From contig CBDBZY010000003.1 in the NCBI GenBank assembly GCA_965213685.1, forward strand, positions 64,001-128,000: DNA of 64,000 nucleotides, written 5' to 3'. The notes beneath the pieces were generated by a model. The model was not told where the DNA came from and made no database searches. It saw only the letters and a program-made list of their open reading frames with translations. The position numbers and the translations under genes are program-made. Position 1 is the first letter of the stretch. Each line of letters starts with the position of its first letter. This document shows, in pieces, positions 38,980-48,308 of the stretch. This stretch comes from a bacterium. GTDB taxonomy: Bacteria > UBA8248.

Positions 38980-41244
38980 GTGGATTACCTCGACAACCTC
39001 AATCCCCAGCAAAGGAAGGCGGTTCTGGCGCCCCCCGGCGCGAACCTGGTGCTGGCCGGCGCAGGCTCGGGCAAAACGCGGGTGCTCGTCCACCGCGTCC
39101 TGCACCTGCTCGCCGAGGGGGTCGCCCCGGGGCGGATTCTGGCCATCACCTTCACCAACAAGGCGGCGGGCGAGATGCGCGAGCGCCTCTTCGCGGCGCC
39201 GGGGGGAGGGGCGCGAGGGATATGGACGGGAACCTTTCACGCCGTCTGCGCCCGCATCCTGAGAGCCGAGGCGGCCGCTGCGGGGCTCCCGCCCGGCTTC
39301 ACCATATTCTCGCGCTCGGAGTGCCTCTCCCTCGTAAAGCGGTGCATGGCGGAGCAGGGGATCAGCACCGAGCGGTATCCGCCGAAATCGCTGCTGGAGT
39401 GGATCGGACGCCGCAAAACCTCGGAGGAGGCGGACGATGCGGATTCGCCCGCGTTCAGCACCGGCGCGGTCGCCCGAAAGCTGGCGCCCCGCTATGAGCG
39501 CGCGCTGCGCGCGGCGGGCGCGGTGGATTTTGACGATCTGCTGGCGCAGCCCCTCCGCATGTTCCGGAAGCATCCCGACATCCTGAAAACCTACCAGGAG
39601 CGGTTCCTGGAGATACTCGTCGACGAATACCAGGACACCAACCCTGCGCAGGACGCGCTGGTCGCCCTCCTCTCGCGGGGCCACGGGAGGGTGTTCGCCG
39701 TGGGGGATGACGATCAGGGCATCTACAGCTGGCGGGGGGCGCGGGTGGAGAACATCCTGCACTTCGAGCGCAGGTTCCCGGAAGCCAGGGTGTTCCGCCT
39801 GGAGGAGAACTATCGCTCGAGCGGCGGGATACTGCGCGCCGCCTCCGGGATGATGGACGAGGCCCGGGCGCGCCGGCCCAAGCGCCTCTTCACGCGGAAT
39901 CAGGCGGGGGAGGCGGTTTGCTATCTGGAGGCGCAGGACGCGGACGCGGAGGCGGAATCCCTCATCGGCCGGCTCGTCCGGGAGGGGGCGGGCGGACGGA
40001 TTCCCTGGAGGGACGCCGCCGTCTTCTACCGGGTCAACACGCAATCGCGCCCGCTGGAGGAGGTGGCGCGGAGGCGGGGCATCCCCTACCGGGTCGTGAA
40101 GGGCCAGCGTTTTTTCGATCGCGCGGAGGTGCAGGATCTGGCCGCCTATCTGCGGGTGATCCACAGGCCGGAGGACGGAGTCGCTTTCTCCCGCATCGTG
40201 AACCGCCCGCCCCGGGGGCTGGGGCCGGAGCGGCTCAAGGCGATTGCACCGGAAGCATCCGCGAGCGTCACGCCCGCAGACGCGCGCGCCGCCCTGTCCG
40301 CCGGCCGGCTCAGAGGGGCGGCCGCGAGGAATCTCGGTGCGTTGCTGGAAACGCGCGATGCGCTCGCCTCGCGCGGCCTGGGTCCCGCGCGCCTGCTCGA
40401 GGAGGTGCTGGAGCGGACGGGATATCGCGCCTGGCTGGAGGGGATCGCACGCGGGAGCGTCTCGCCCGAGCGGCGTCGCGCGGCGGAGCGGGGGCTTGAG
40501 GGCGCCCGGGAGTTCGTGAACGCGGCGGTGGCGTTCGAGGCGCGGATGCGCGCGGAGGGGCGCGTCGCGTCCGATTCTCCCGAGGCGAGCACCCTGTTCC
40601 TGGAGGAGTTGGCGTTGATGGGCGAGGCCGATGAACTCTCCGGCGAGAGCGGCGCCCTCTCGCTGATGACGCTGCACGCGGCAAAGGGTCTCGAGTTCGC
40701 CGCTGTGGGCATCGTCGGCGTGCAGGAGGGGCTGATTCCGCACGGTCGTTCTCAGGACGCGCCGGCGTCCCTGGAGGAGGAGCGCAGGCTCCTGTATGTG
40801 GGGATGACGCGGGCGAAGGAGGTGCTGTGTCTCTCCTGGGCGCGGGAGAGGAAGTCCGAGTGGGGGCGCAAGAGTTGGGCGGCGAAGCCGAGCCGGTTCC
40901 TGGAGGGGTTGGGCGCGAAGCTCCTGAAGCGGGTGGGCGACCGCCTTCCGGCGGGCAAGGGGCCTCCGCGCACCTCTTCCGGCGCGCCGGCCTCCCGTCC
41001 TCACGGGACGCGGGACGCGCCCGCCGCCCCGCCGCCCGCAGCACTCGGCCCCTACCCGCCGGGTATGCGCGTGCGGCACAAGACATTCGGGCTGGGCGTC
41101 GTCTCCGCGCGCAACGGGGTGGGGGAGCGCGCGGTGGTGACCGTGGAGTTCGAGGAGGTCGGCCGGAAGAAGCTGGTGGTGCAACACGCGCCGATTGCGC
41201 CCGTGGACGGGGGCGTTGACGCGGGCGGGAAACCAAAGGTATAA
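38980..41244 (+). CDS. pcrA: ATP-dependent DNA helicase PcrA/UvrD
   Basis: AGAGSGKT, TFTNKAA, VDEYQD, VGDDDQ.IY.WRGA, ENYRS, TLHAAKGLEF, EERRLLYVGMTRA, C-terminal Tudor-like VRHKTFGLG. Confidence 0.93.
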   Translation: MDYLDNLNPQQRKAVLAPPGANLVLAGAGSGKTRVLVHRVLHLLAEGVAPGRILAITFTNKAAGEMRERLFAAPGGGARGIWTGTFHAVCARILRAEAAAAGLPPGFTIFSRSECLSLVKRCMAEQGISTERYPPKSLLEWIGRRKTSEEADDADSPAFSTGAVARKLAPRYERALRAAGAVDFDDLLAQPLRMFRKHPDILKTYQERFLEILVDEYQDTNPAQDALVALLSRGHGRVFAVGDDDQGIYSWRGARVENILHFERRFPEARVFRLEENYRSSGGILRAASGMMDEARARRPKRLFTRNQAGEAVCYLEAQDADAEAESLIGRLVREGAGGRIPWRDAAVFYRVNTQSRPLEEVARRRGIPYRVVKGQRFFDRAEVQDLAAYLRVIHRPEDGVAFSRIVNRPPRGLGPERLKAIAPEASASVTPADARAALSAGRLRGAAARNLGALLETRDALASRGLGPARLLEEVLERTGYRAWLEGIARGSVSPERRRAAERGLEGAREFVNAAVAFEARMRAEGRVASDSPEASTLFLEELALMGEADELSGESGALSLMTLHAAKGLEFAAVGIVGVQEGLIPHGRSQDAPASLEEERRLLYVGMTRAKEVLCLSWARERKSEWGRKSWAAKPSRFLEGLGAKLLKRVGDRLPAGKGPPRTSSGAPASRPHGTRDAPAAPPPAALGPYPPGMRVRHKTFGLGVVSARNGVGERAVVTVEFEEVGRKKLVVQHAPIAPVDGGVDAGGKPKV

Positions 41245-41263
41245 GAGCGGGAAGGAGGGGGTG

Positions 41264-41548
41264 ATGGCGATTTCGCGCGAAGAGGTGCTCCACGTGTCGA
41301 GGCTGGCGCGGCTCGATCTGCGCGATGCGGAAATCGAGAAATTCACCGGGCAGCTCGGCGCGATTCTCGCGCACGTCTCCAGGCTGAACGAGGTGGACAC
41401 CGAGGGGGTGGAGCCCACCTCGCACGTTCTCGACATCGTGAACGTGTTCCGCGCGGACGCCGTCACCGAAGCCCCGATTGAAAACATGGAAAAGATGGCG
41501 CCTGATTTCGTGCGGGGCCATTTTCGCGTTCCCAAGGTCATCGAGTAG
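41264..41548 (+). CDS. gatC: Asp/Glu-tRNA amidotransferase subunit C
   Basis: ISREEVLHVSRLARL, LNEVDTEGVEPT, F.VPKVIE. Confidence 0.95.
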   Translation: MAISREEVLHVSRLARLDLRDAEIEKFTGQLGAILAHVSRLNEVDTEGVEPTSHVLDIVNVFRADAVTEAPIENMEKMAPDFVRGHFRVPKVIE

Positions 41549-41563
41549 GCTCTCCTCCTCCCG

Positions 41564-43027
41564 ATGGCGTACGCCTCCCTGAGAGAATTCGTTGATGCCC
41601 TCGAGCGCGCGGGAGAGTTGCGCCGCGTCCGGGCACCAGTGGACGTGGAGCTCGAGATTACCGAGATCGCCGACCGTCTGGTGAAGAGCGGCGGTCCCGC
41701 CCTGCTGTTCGAGAACCCCACAGGCCCCGATGGACGCGCGTTCGACATCCCCGTCCTCATCAACGCCTACGCCTCCGATAAGCGGATGCGGCTCGCCCTG
41801 GGGGTGGAGAGCATGGAGGCGGTGGCGGACGAGGTGGCGGAGCTTCTGGAGATCAAGCCGCCCGAGGGCATCATCGAGAAGGTGAAGATGCTGCCCAAGC
41901 TCGCGCGGCTCGCGTCCTTCTCTCCCAAGAAGGTGAGCGCGGCCCCCTGCCAGGAGGTCGTGGAGACGGAGGCGCCGAATCTCCTCTCGCTTCCGGCCAT
42001 CAAGTGCTGGCCCGAGGATGCGGGACGCTACATCACCTTTGGGCACATCTACTCCCGGAACCCGAGAACCGGCCGGAGAAACGTGGGCCTCTACCGCGTG
42101 CAGATTTTCGACGAGCGGACCGCTGGAATGCACATGCACTTGCATCACGACGGGGCGCAGAATTTCCAGGAGAGCTCGCGGATGGGCGAGCGGATGGATA
42201 TGGCGATCGCCCTGGGCGGGGACCCGGTCTACGTCTATGCGGCGAGCGCGCCGCTGCCGCCCGCGATAGACGAGCTGAACCTGGCCGGATTCCTGCGGGG
42301 CAGGAGCGCCGAGTTGGTGAAGTGCAAGACGGTGGACATGGAGGTGCCCGCCGACGCCGACATCGTGGTCGAGGGCTACCTGAACCCGGGCGAGCTCAGG
42401 GAGGAGGGGCCCTTCGGGGATCACACGGGCTGGTATTCCCTGGCGGACGATTATCCCGTCTTTCACGTCACGGCCATCACGCGGAGGCGCGCGGCGGTGT
42501 ATCCCACCACCATCGTGGGCCGACCGCCGATGGAGGATTACTGGCTTGGCGGTGCGACGGGCCGCATCTTCCTGCCCCTGATGAAAATGCAGCTGCCCGA
42601 AATCGTGGACGTGCACATGCCAGCGGAGGGCGTGTTCCACAACATGGTCATCGTCTCCATCCGAAAGGCCTATCCCTACCATGCGAGAAAGGTGATGTAC
42701 GCCCTGTGGGGGATGGGGCAGATGGCGCTCGCGAAGGTCATCGTCATCGTGGACGAGGATGTGGACGTGCACAACATCAGCGAGGTTTCCTGGAAAGTTC
42801 TGGGCAGCATCGACCCGAGGCGCGACCTTGTGTTTGTCGATGGGCCGGTCGACGCGCTCGAGCACGCCGCCCCGCGCCTCCACGTCGGCAGCAAGGTGGG
42901 CGTGGACGGCACCCGAAAGTGGGCGTCGGAGGGCTTCGAGCGGGAATGGCCGCCGGAGATTGTGATGACGGACGAGATCAAGGAGCGCGTCACGAGGCGC
43001 TGGAGGGAGTACGGCCTTGGCGGCTGA
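41564..43027 (+). CDS. UbiD-family decarboxylase (menaquinone futalosine pathway, MqnL-like)
   Basis: LEITEI, WPEDAGRYIT, NVGLYR.Q, EGPFGDHTG.Y, GRPP.ED; linked to ubiA- and ubiE-like genes. Confidence 0.92.
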   Translation: MAYASLREFVDALERAGELRRVRAPVDVELEITEIADRLVKSGGPALLFENPTGPDGRAFDIPVLINAYASDKRMRLALGVESMEAVADEVAELLEIKPPEGIIEKVKMLPKLARLASFSPKKVSAAPCQEVVETEAPNLLSLPAIKCWPEDAGRYITFGHIYSRNPRTGRRNVGLYRVQIFDERTAGMHMHLHHDGAQNFQESSRMGERMDMAIALGGDPVYVYAASAPLPPAIDELNLAGFLRGRSAELVKCKTVDMEVPADADIVVEGYLNPGELREEGPFGDHTGWYSLADDYPVFHVTAITRRRAAVYPTTIVGRPPMEDYWLGGATGRIFLPLMKMQLPEIVDVHMPAEGVFHNMVIVSIRKAYPYHARKVMYALWGMGQMALAKVIVIVDEDVDVHNISEVSWKVLGSIDPRRDLVFVDGPVDALEHAAPRLHVGSKVGVDGTRKWASEGFEREWPPEIVMTDEIKERVTRRWREYGLGG

Positions 43028-43895
43028 GGCGCCGACCTCCCGGAGCTTCCGCCAGTTCCTGCGGATGGTGAAGTTCGAGCACACCATCTTCGGCCTGCCC
43101 TTCGTGTTGATGGGCGGGGTGATGGCTGCGGGCGGCCTTCCCTCCGCGCGCTCCCTTTTCTGGATGGTGATGGCGGCGGCCGCCGCGCGGAACTTCGCCA
43201 TGACCCTCAATCGTTTCGCCGACAGGGACATCGACCCCAGAAACCCGAGAACGAAAGACCGCGCCGAGTTCCAGGGGCTGCTCCGCTCCAGGCGCATTCC
43301 GGCGATGCTCGCGGGGTTTCTGGGCGTCTTCCTCCTCTCGGCCTGGATGCTGAACCCGCTGGCCTTCGCCCTCTCCTTCGCGGTGGCCGCCTGCATCGTC
43401 CTCTATTCCTACTCCAAGCGCTTCACCTCCTGGACGCACCTGTTTCTGGGCGTCGTTCTGGGCTGCGCGCCCGCGGGCGCCTGGGTGGCCGTGCGCGGCG
43501 ACCTGGGCGTGGTGAGCGTTTTCCTGTTCCTGGGCGTCGCTCTCTGGGTGGCCGGCTTCGACCTGATTTACGCTTCCGTGGACGTGGATTTCGACCGCCG
43601 GGAGAATCTCCATTCCCTCCCCCGTCTGCTGGGCGTCCGGGGCGCGCTCATCGTCTCCGCACTCGCCCACCTGGGGGCGGTGGCCTGTTTTTACGGGGCG
43701 GGCCGGGCGTATGGCCTGGGACTCGCCTACTGGCTGGCGCTGGCGGCGGCGGGGTGTCTGCTGTTCTGGGAGCACTGGATCGTGCGGCCGGATGATTTGA
43801 GCCGCGTGGACGTGTCGTTTTTCAACCTCAACGCCTGGGTCTCCGTGGTCGTGTCGGCCGGTGCAATGGCCGATGTGCTCATCGGCCCGGGCTGA
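43017..43895 (+). CDS. UbiA-family polyprenyltransferase (MqnP-like)
   Basis: KFEHTIF.LPF, NRFADRDIDPRNPRT, YSYSKRFT, GFDLIYA..D..FD. Confidence 0.92.
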   Translation: MAAEAPTSRSFRQFLRMVKFEHTIFGLPFVLMGGVMAAGGLPSARSLFWMVMAAAAARNFAMTLNRFADRDIDPRNPRTKDRAEFQGLLRSRRIPAMLAGFLGVFLLSAWMLNPLAFALSFAVAACIVLYSYSKRFTSWTHLFLGVVLGCAPAGAWVAVRGDLGVVSVFLFLGVALWVAGFDLIYASVDVDFDRRENLHSLPRLLGVRGALIVSALAHLGAVACFYGAGRAYGLGLAYWLALAAAGCLLFWEHWIVRPDDLSRVDVSFFNLNAWVSVVVSAGAMADVLIGPG

Positions 43896-43903
43896 TCGCC
43901 TTC

Positions 43904-44659
43904 GTGCCGACCCGAATCGAGAGCGGCGAGGTGCGCGAGATGTTCTCGGACATCGCGCCCACCTACGATCTCCTGAACCGGGCGCTGAGCTTTGGCGTGG
44001 ACCGCCTCTGGCGGAGGCGGGCGGTCGCGAGTCTGTTGAGCGGATTCGCGGAGCCGGGAGAGGGCCGGTTTCTCGACCTGGCCACGGGCACGGCGGACGT
44101 CGCACTCGAAATCTGCCGGCGCGCCGCGCCCGCTGCGCGCGTCGTCGGGGCGGATTTCGCCCTCCCCATGCTCGCGCGCGGGAGGAGAAAGGCGGCGGTG
44201 CGCACCGCAACCCTCGCGCTGGTGCAGGCCGACGGGATGCGGCTGCCCTTCCGGGACGGCGCGTTCGACGGGGTGATCATCGCCTTCGGCCTGCGCAATT
44301 TCGAGAGACGCGAGGCGGGCCTGGGCGAGATGGGGCGCGTGACGCGGGCGGGCGGCAGGCTCGTCGTTCTGGAATTCGGCCACCCCAAAGGTTTCTTTGG
44401 ACTTTTGTATGCGCTGTATTCTCGCCTCCTTCTCCCCCTCATGGGGCGGATCGTCTCCGGCCATCCGACGGCGTATCGTTATCTCCCCCGCACGGTGCGT
44501 GAATTTCCGGAGGCTGGCAGGCTTTGCGAGATGATGCGGGAGGCGGGCTTTCGGGAGGTGAGCCATCGCCCGATGACGGGCGGCATCGCCGCGCTGCACG
44601 TGGGGGTGCGCGCATCGTCCCGAAGTCCCGCGGCGCCCCCGGGCGAGGGAGGCGAGTGA
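43904..44659 (+). CDS. ubiE: Demethylmenaquinone methyltransferase (UbiE/MenG)
   Basis: MFSDIAPTYDLLN..LSFG.D..WR, LDLATGTAD, AFGLRN, LEF, AYRYL. Confidence 0.92.
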   Translation: MPTRIESGEVREMFSDIAPTYDLLNRALSFGVDRLWRRRAVASLLSGFAEPGEGRFLDLATGTADVALEICRRAAPAARVVGADFALPMLARGRRKAAVRTATLALVQADGMRLPFRDGAFDGVIIAFGLRNFERREAGLGEMGRVTRAGGRLVVLEFGHPKGFFGLLYALYSRLLLPLMGRIVSGHPTAYRYLPRTVREFPEAGRLCEMMREAGFREVSHRPMTGGIAALHVGVRASSRSPAAPPGEGGE

Positions 44660-44708
44660 ATCCTCCGCCCCCGGGCCGCCGCCCGAGGGGAGGCCTGCGC
44701 GGAGTTTT

Positions 44709-45905
44709 CTAGTTCTTGCTGAGGATGAACACGCTGGAGACGGCGCCCGGGCCGCCCAGGGTATGGCCGAGGGCGCGCCTGGCGCCCTTCACCTGGCGCG
44801 CGCCGCAGCGACCGAGGAGTTGATGCGTGAGGTCCCCCACCACCCGGGCGCCCGTCGCGCCGATGGGGTGGCCGCAACTCTTGAGGCCGCCCGAGGTGTT
44901 CACCGGAAGCTCGCCGCCGAGGCTGCTCGCCCCGCTCCTGACGAAGTCAGGCCCCTCGCCCTTCTCCACGAAGCCCAGGTCCTCATAGTTCAGAATCTCC
45001 GTGATCGTAAAGCAATCGTGCACTTCCGCAACGTCTATCTCCTCGCGCGGGTTGCGGACGCCGGCCTGCGCGTAGGCCTGGCGCGAGGCCTCCTTGGTGG
45101 CGTCGAAGCCGACGAAGCTGAACTTCGGGTTGAAGGCCGTGGTGATGTAGCCCGTGGCACAGGAAAGTCCCATCCCGTCGATGAGCACATAGTCCGTTTT
45201 GCCGAAGCGCGCCTCGGCCAGATCCGCCCGGCAAAGGACGATGGCGGCGGCCCCGTCCGTCGTGGGGCAGCAGTCGTACAGTCCCAGGGGTTCCGTCACC
45301 GGCGGTGCCTTGAGGACCTGCTCCCTGGTGATCTCCTTGCGGAAGTGCGCGCGGGGGTTGAGGCTCCCGTGGCGGTGGTTTTTCACCGCCACCTCGGCCA
45401 AATCCTCCTTGCCCGCGCCGAATTCCTCAAAATACCTCCTCGCCAGGACGGCGAAGCTGCCCGGTGCCGTGCGGCCCTTGGAATACATCGGGTGCAGCTT
45501 CTCGACGTGCTGTGCCACCAGGCTGCCCCGGGGAGGGACCTCGCGCATCTTCTCCGCCCCGACGGCCAGGACGACGTCGTGCATGCCGGAGGCCACGGCC
45601 ATCGCCGCCATGCGGACGGCCTCCATGCCCGTGGTGCAGTAGTTCGACACCCGGGACACGGGTTTCGGGTAGAGGTTCAGGGCTTCGGCGAGCGAGGGGC
45701 CGCCCGTTCCGTCAAACCCCCAGCCGAGCGGCAGATAGGTGCCGAGCCATGCGGCCTCGACGTCCTCTCCGCTCACGCCCGCGTCCTGGTAGGCCTCGAA
45801 GGCGGCTTCCACCACGAGATCGTTATAGCTTTGCTCGAACAGCTCACCGAATTTCGTGATGCCGACGCCGATGATGGCGACTTTTCCAGCGATGGTTCCG
45901 CTCAT
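44709..45905 (-). CDS. SCP2/archaeal-type thiolase
   Basis: [48 protein letters not shown]. Confidence 0.92.
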   Translation of the reverse strand: MSGTIAGKVAIIGVGITKFGELFEQSYNDLVVEAAFEAYQDAGVSGEDVEAAWLGTYLPLGWGFDGTGGPSLAEALNLYPKPVSRVSNYCTTGMEAVRMAAMAVASGMHDVVLAVGAEKMREVPPRGSLVAQHVEKLHPMYSKGRTAPGSFAVLARRYFEEFGAGKEDLAEVAVKNHRHGSLNPRAHFRKEITREQVLKAPPVTEPLGLYDCCPTTDGAAAIVLCRADLAEARFGKTDYVLIDGMGLSCATGYITTAFNPKFSFVGFDATKEASRQAYAQAGVRNPREEIDVAEVHDCFTITEILNYEDLGFVEKGEGPDFVRSGASSLGGELPVNTSGGLKSCGHPIGATGARVVGDLTHQLLGRCGARQVKGARRALGHTLGGPGAVSSVFILSKN

Positions 45906-45952
45906 GTCGAGCTCCTCGAAGAAGGATGTTCCTCCCGGCGGAGATGCTGTCC

Positions 45953-47356
45953 CTATTCCGCGGGACGCAGCTTCCAGTAGTAATTATAGTAGCCATTCCC
46001 CTGGTGGAGAAGCCGGAAGGTGAACTCGCACGCCATTCCGATGCGCACGTCGTCTTTCGCGTGGTTCGTCATCTGGCCATAGAACCGTCCGCCGCCCTCC
46101 ATCTCCGCCGTGGCCATCGTGATGAAGCCCTCCGGCGACGGGGGCAGATAGTCGTGCACGAAGGTGAATATCCTTCCCCGTCGGCCCAGCTTGCGCTCCT
46201 CCCACGCATCCCTCGTCCCGCAGGAGTTGCAGACCCGCTGCCGGGGGTACTGCAGCGCTCCGCAGGAGCGGCAAACCCCCGCCATGAGGCGCATGGTCGC
46301 CCTGCTTTCCTTCCAAAGGATGCTGGGCGAGGAGAAGGGCCGTATCTCCTCCTCGGGAGACATTCCGCGGAACCGGAGCCATTGGCCGTAGCGGGGGATG
46401 GGGCGCGCGCGATCCAGGTGCCAGCGCAGCCCCCGCTGCGTCCTGAGCGCGCCCACCTTGTCCGTCGCACGGAGCAGCATCGCCTCGCCCCCGCTTCCGT
46501 GGCCCGCGACGATGATGTGCTCGCCCGGCGCCGCGTTCTGAAGCGCGTCGACGAGACAGAGCAGAGGGGCGGCCGCCCCGGCGTCCCCTAGGCGCGCGAC
46601 GAGGGGCTCCCGGGGATAGGCGGCTTCGGGAAAGCCCAGCCTTCTGGCGATGAGCGCATGGGTGCGGGGGTCGGGGGCGTAGAGCAGCACGCGCGCGATG
46701 TCTTCTCTCGTGGCGCCCGTCCGTCGGAGCAGCCCCTCCACGGTGGCGACGCTCTGGCGCGCGTAGCCGTAGTCTTGAATGAATTTGGCGTCCCCGGCGG
46801 AAATCGCGTCCTCCCCCGGCAGTCGCCAGCGGTCGATGAAATCCTCGGACCAGGAATACGTCGCCTCGATCTCGGCGGCGACGTCCTCTCCCTTGCCGAG
46901 CAGCAGCGCGGCGGCGCCGTCGCAGAGGCCGAGCTCATCGGAGCTGCCCGGCGGCGCGGGCCTTTTCTCGGACGCCACCACGGCCGCCGTGCGGGAGGAG
47001 CCCGCGTCTATGGCGTCGCACGCGGCCCGGAGCGCGGAGGTGCCCGCGCGCACGGAGCCGCCCGCATCCAGGGTAAAGAGCGTCTCCGGCAAATCCGCCG
47101 CGGCGGCGAGGACGCCGGCGTTCGACTTCTCGGCGTAGGGGTGGGACGTGGAGGCGAAATACAGCGCATCCACCTCGGCGCCGCCCCAGCCCGCGGCGTT
47201 GACGAGCGCCTCCACCCCCATGGTGATGGCGTCCTCGTCAAAGCCGGCCACCGGGCGCGACGCCTTCGGGTTGCCCGTCCCCCATACGGCTCTTACGGTT
47301 TCCCCCCCCAGCCGATGAAAGGGGATGTAGGCTCCCACGCGGATGATGCCAGCCAT
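45953..47356 (-). CDS. HMG-CoA synthase-like (PhlA-like) domain fused to a DUF35 Zn-ribbon/OB-fold
   Basis: GAYIP..RL, DEDAITM.VEA, DGAAA, G.GSG; C-terminal CRSCG...CNSCG and NYYWK. Confidence 0.88.
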   Translation of the reverse strand: MAGIIRVGAYIPFHRLGGETVRAVWGTGNPKASRPVAGFDEDAITMGVEALVNAAGWGGAEVDALYFASTSHPYAEKSNAGVLAAAADLPETLFTLDAGGSVRAGTSALRAACDAIDAGSSRTAAVVASEKRPAPPGSSDELGLCDGAAALLLGKGEDVAAEIEATYSWSEDFIDRWRLPGEDAISAGDAKFIQDYGYARQSVATVEGLLRRTGATREDIARVLLYAPDPRTHALIARRLGFPEAAYPREPLVARLGDAGAAAPLLCLVDALQNAAPGEHIIVAGHGSGGEAMLLRATDKVGALRTQRGLRWHLDRARPIPRYGQWLRFRGMSPEEEIRPFSSPSILWKESRATMRLMAGVCRSCGALQYPRQRVCNSCGTRDAWEERKLGRRGRIFTFVHDYLPPSPEGFITMATAEMEGGGRFYGQMTNHAKDDVRIGMACEFTFRLLHQGNGYYNYYWKLRPAE

Positions 47357-47570
47357 CTCTTCTCCTTAGGACTTTCTCGGGAAACGGGGCAGATTTTCCC
47401 CCCGCGCCGGCGAATGCGTCAAGCTGCGCGGGGATTTTGCGACATGTCCCGGGGGCGGCGAACGTCCGGTTTTCGGGCGGGTCGGCCCCCCGCCCTTCTC
47501 CTCGCGCCACGGTTCCTTTATGATGCGGGCGTTCGCCGACGATTCTCGTTGTTCCTGCGGGAGGGGATGG

Positions 47571-47813
47571 ATGAAGCTTCACGTGGAGTATTGCCAGAAG
47601 TGAAACTATGGACCTCGGTATGAGCAGTTGGCTCATGCATTGAAAAAACGCTTCCCGGGCCTGCAAGTCGCCGGAAACGAGAACGGGAAATTCCGCATCG
47701 GCGCCTTCGAGCTCGTGCTCGATGGCCAGTGCCTGTGGTCCAAGCTGGACTCGGGCGCCTTTCCCACGGAGGCCGAAGCGGTCGGCCTCGTCGAGGAGCA
47801 TATGAAGCCATGA
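47571..47813 (+). CDS. SelW/SelT/SelH (Rdx family) selenoprotein with CxxU motif
   Basis: GGAGGGG RBS; MKLHVEYCQK-TGA(47601)-NYGPRY continues in frame into ...GAFELVLDGQCLWSKLDSGAFP; hairpin downstream of the UGA. Confidence 0.87.
47618..47638 (+). promoter_or_regulatory. Candidate bacterial SECIS element
   Basis: GTATGAGC-AGTTG-GCTCATGC stem-loop starting ~15 nt after the UGA, with G in the apical loop. Confidence 0.65.
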
Positions 47814-48280
47814 CGTTCGAGGGAGAGGTCGTCTCGGTGCACATCGCCCCGGTGGCCGGCGAGCCGATGGTGGAGGTCGCCCAAGCGCAAACGCTTGCGG
47901 GAAGGGGCCTGGCGGGAGATCGCTACGCCGAGGGGGTGGGCACGTATTCGAGGAAGCAGGGGCCGGATCGGGAGGTGACGCTCATCGAGATAGAGGCCGT
48001 CGAGGCGCTTGCGCGGGATTGCGGCATCCACCTGGACGCAGGCCAGAGCAGGAGAAACATCGTGACGCGCGGCGTTCCGCTCAATCACCTGGTGGATGCG
48101 GATTTTCGGGTGGGCGACGTGAGGATGCGCGGCGTTCGCCTGAACGAGCCGTGCAGATATTTTGAGAATTTGCTGGGGATTGAAGGATTGTTCCACGCGC
48201 TTTGGAACCGCTCGGGACTGAACGCGCGGATTCTGAGCGAAGGCGCCATTCGGGCGGGCGATGTCATCCGGCGCATCTGA
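47810..48280 (+). CDS. MOSC domain protein (YiiM-like)
   Basis: GLAGDRY, REVTLIE.E, RRNIVT.G, EPC, GL.ARIL..G.IRAGD; ATGA overlap with the selenoprotein stop. Confidence 0.88.
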   Translation: MTFEGEVVSVHIAPVAGEPMVEVAQAQTLAGRGLAGDRYAEGVGTYSRKQGPDREVTLIEIEAVEALARDCGIHLDAGQSRRNIVTRGVPLNHLVDADFRVGDVRMRGVRLNEPCRYFENLLGIEGLFHALWNRSGLNARILSEGAIRAGDVIRRI

Positions 48281-48308
48281 CCCGTCATCTTCCGCGAGAA
48301 AGCCCCCC

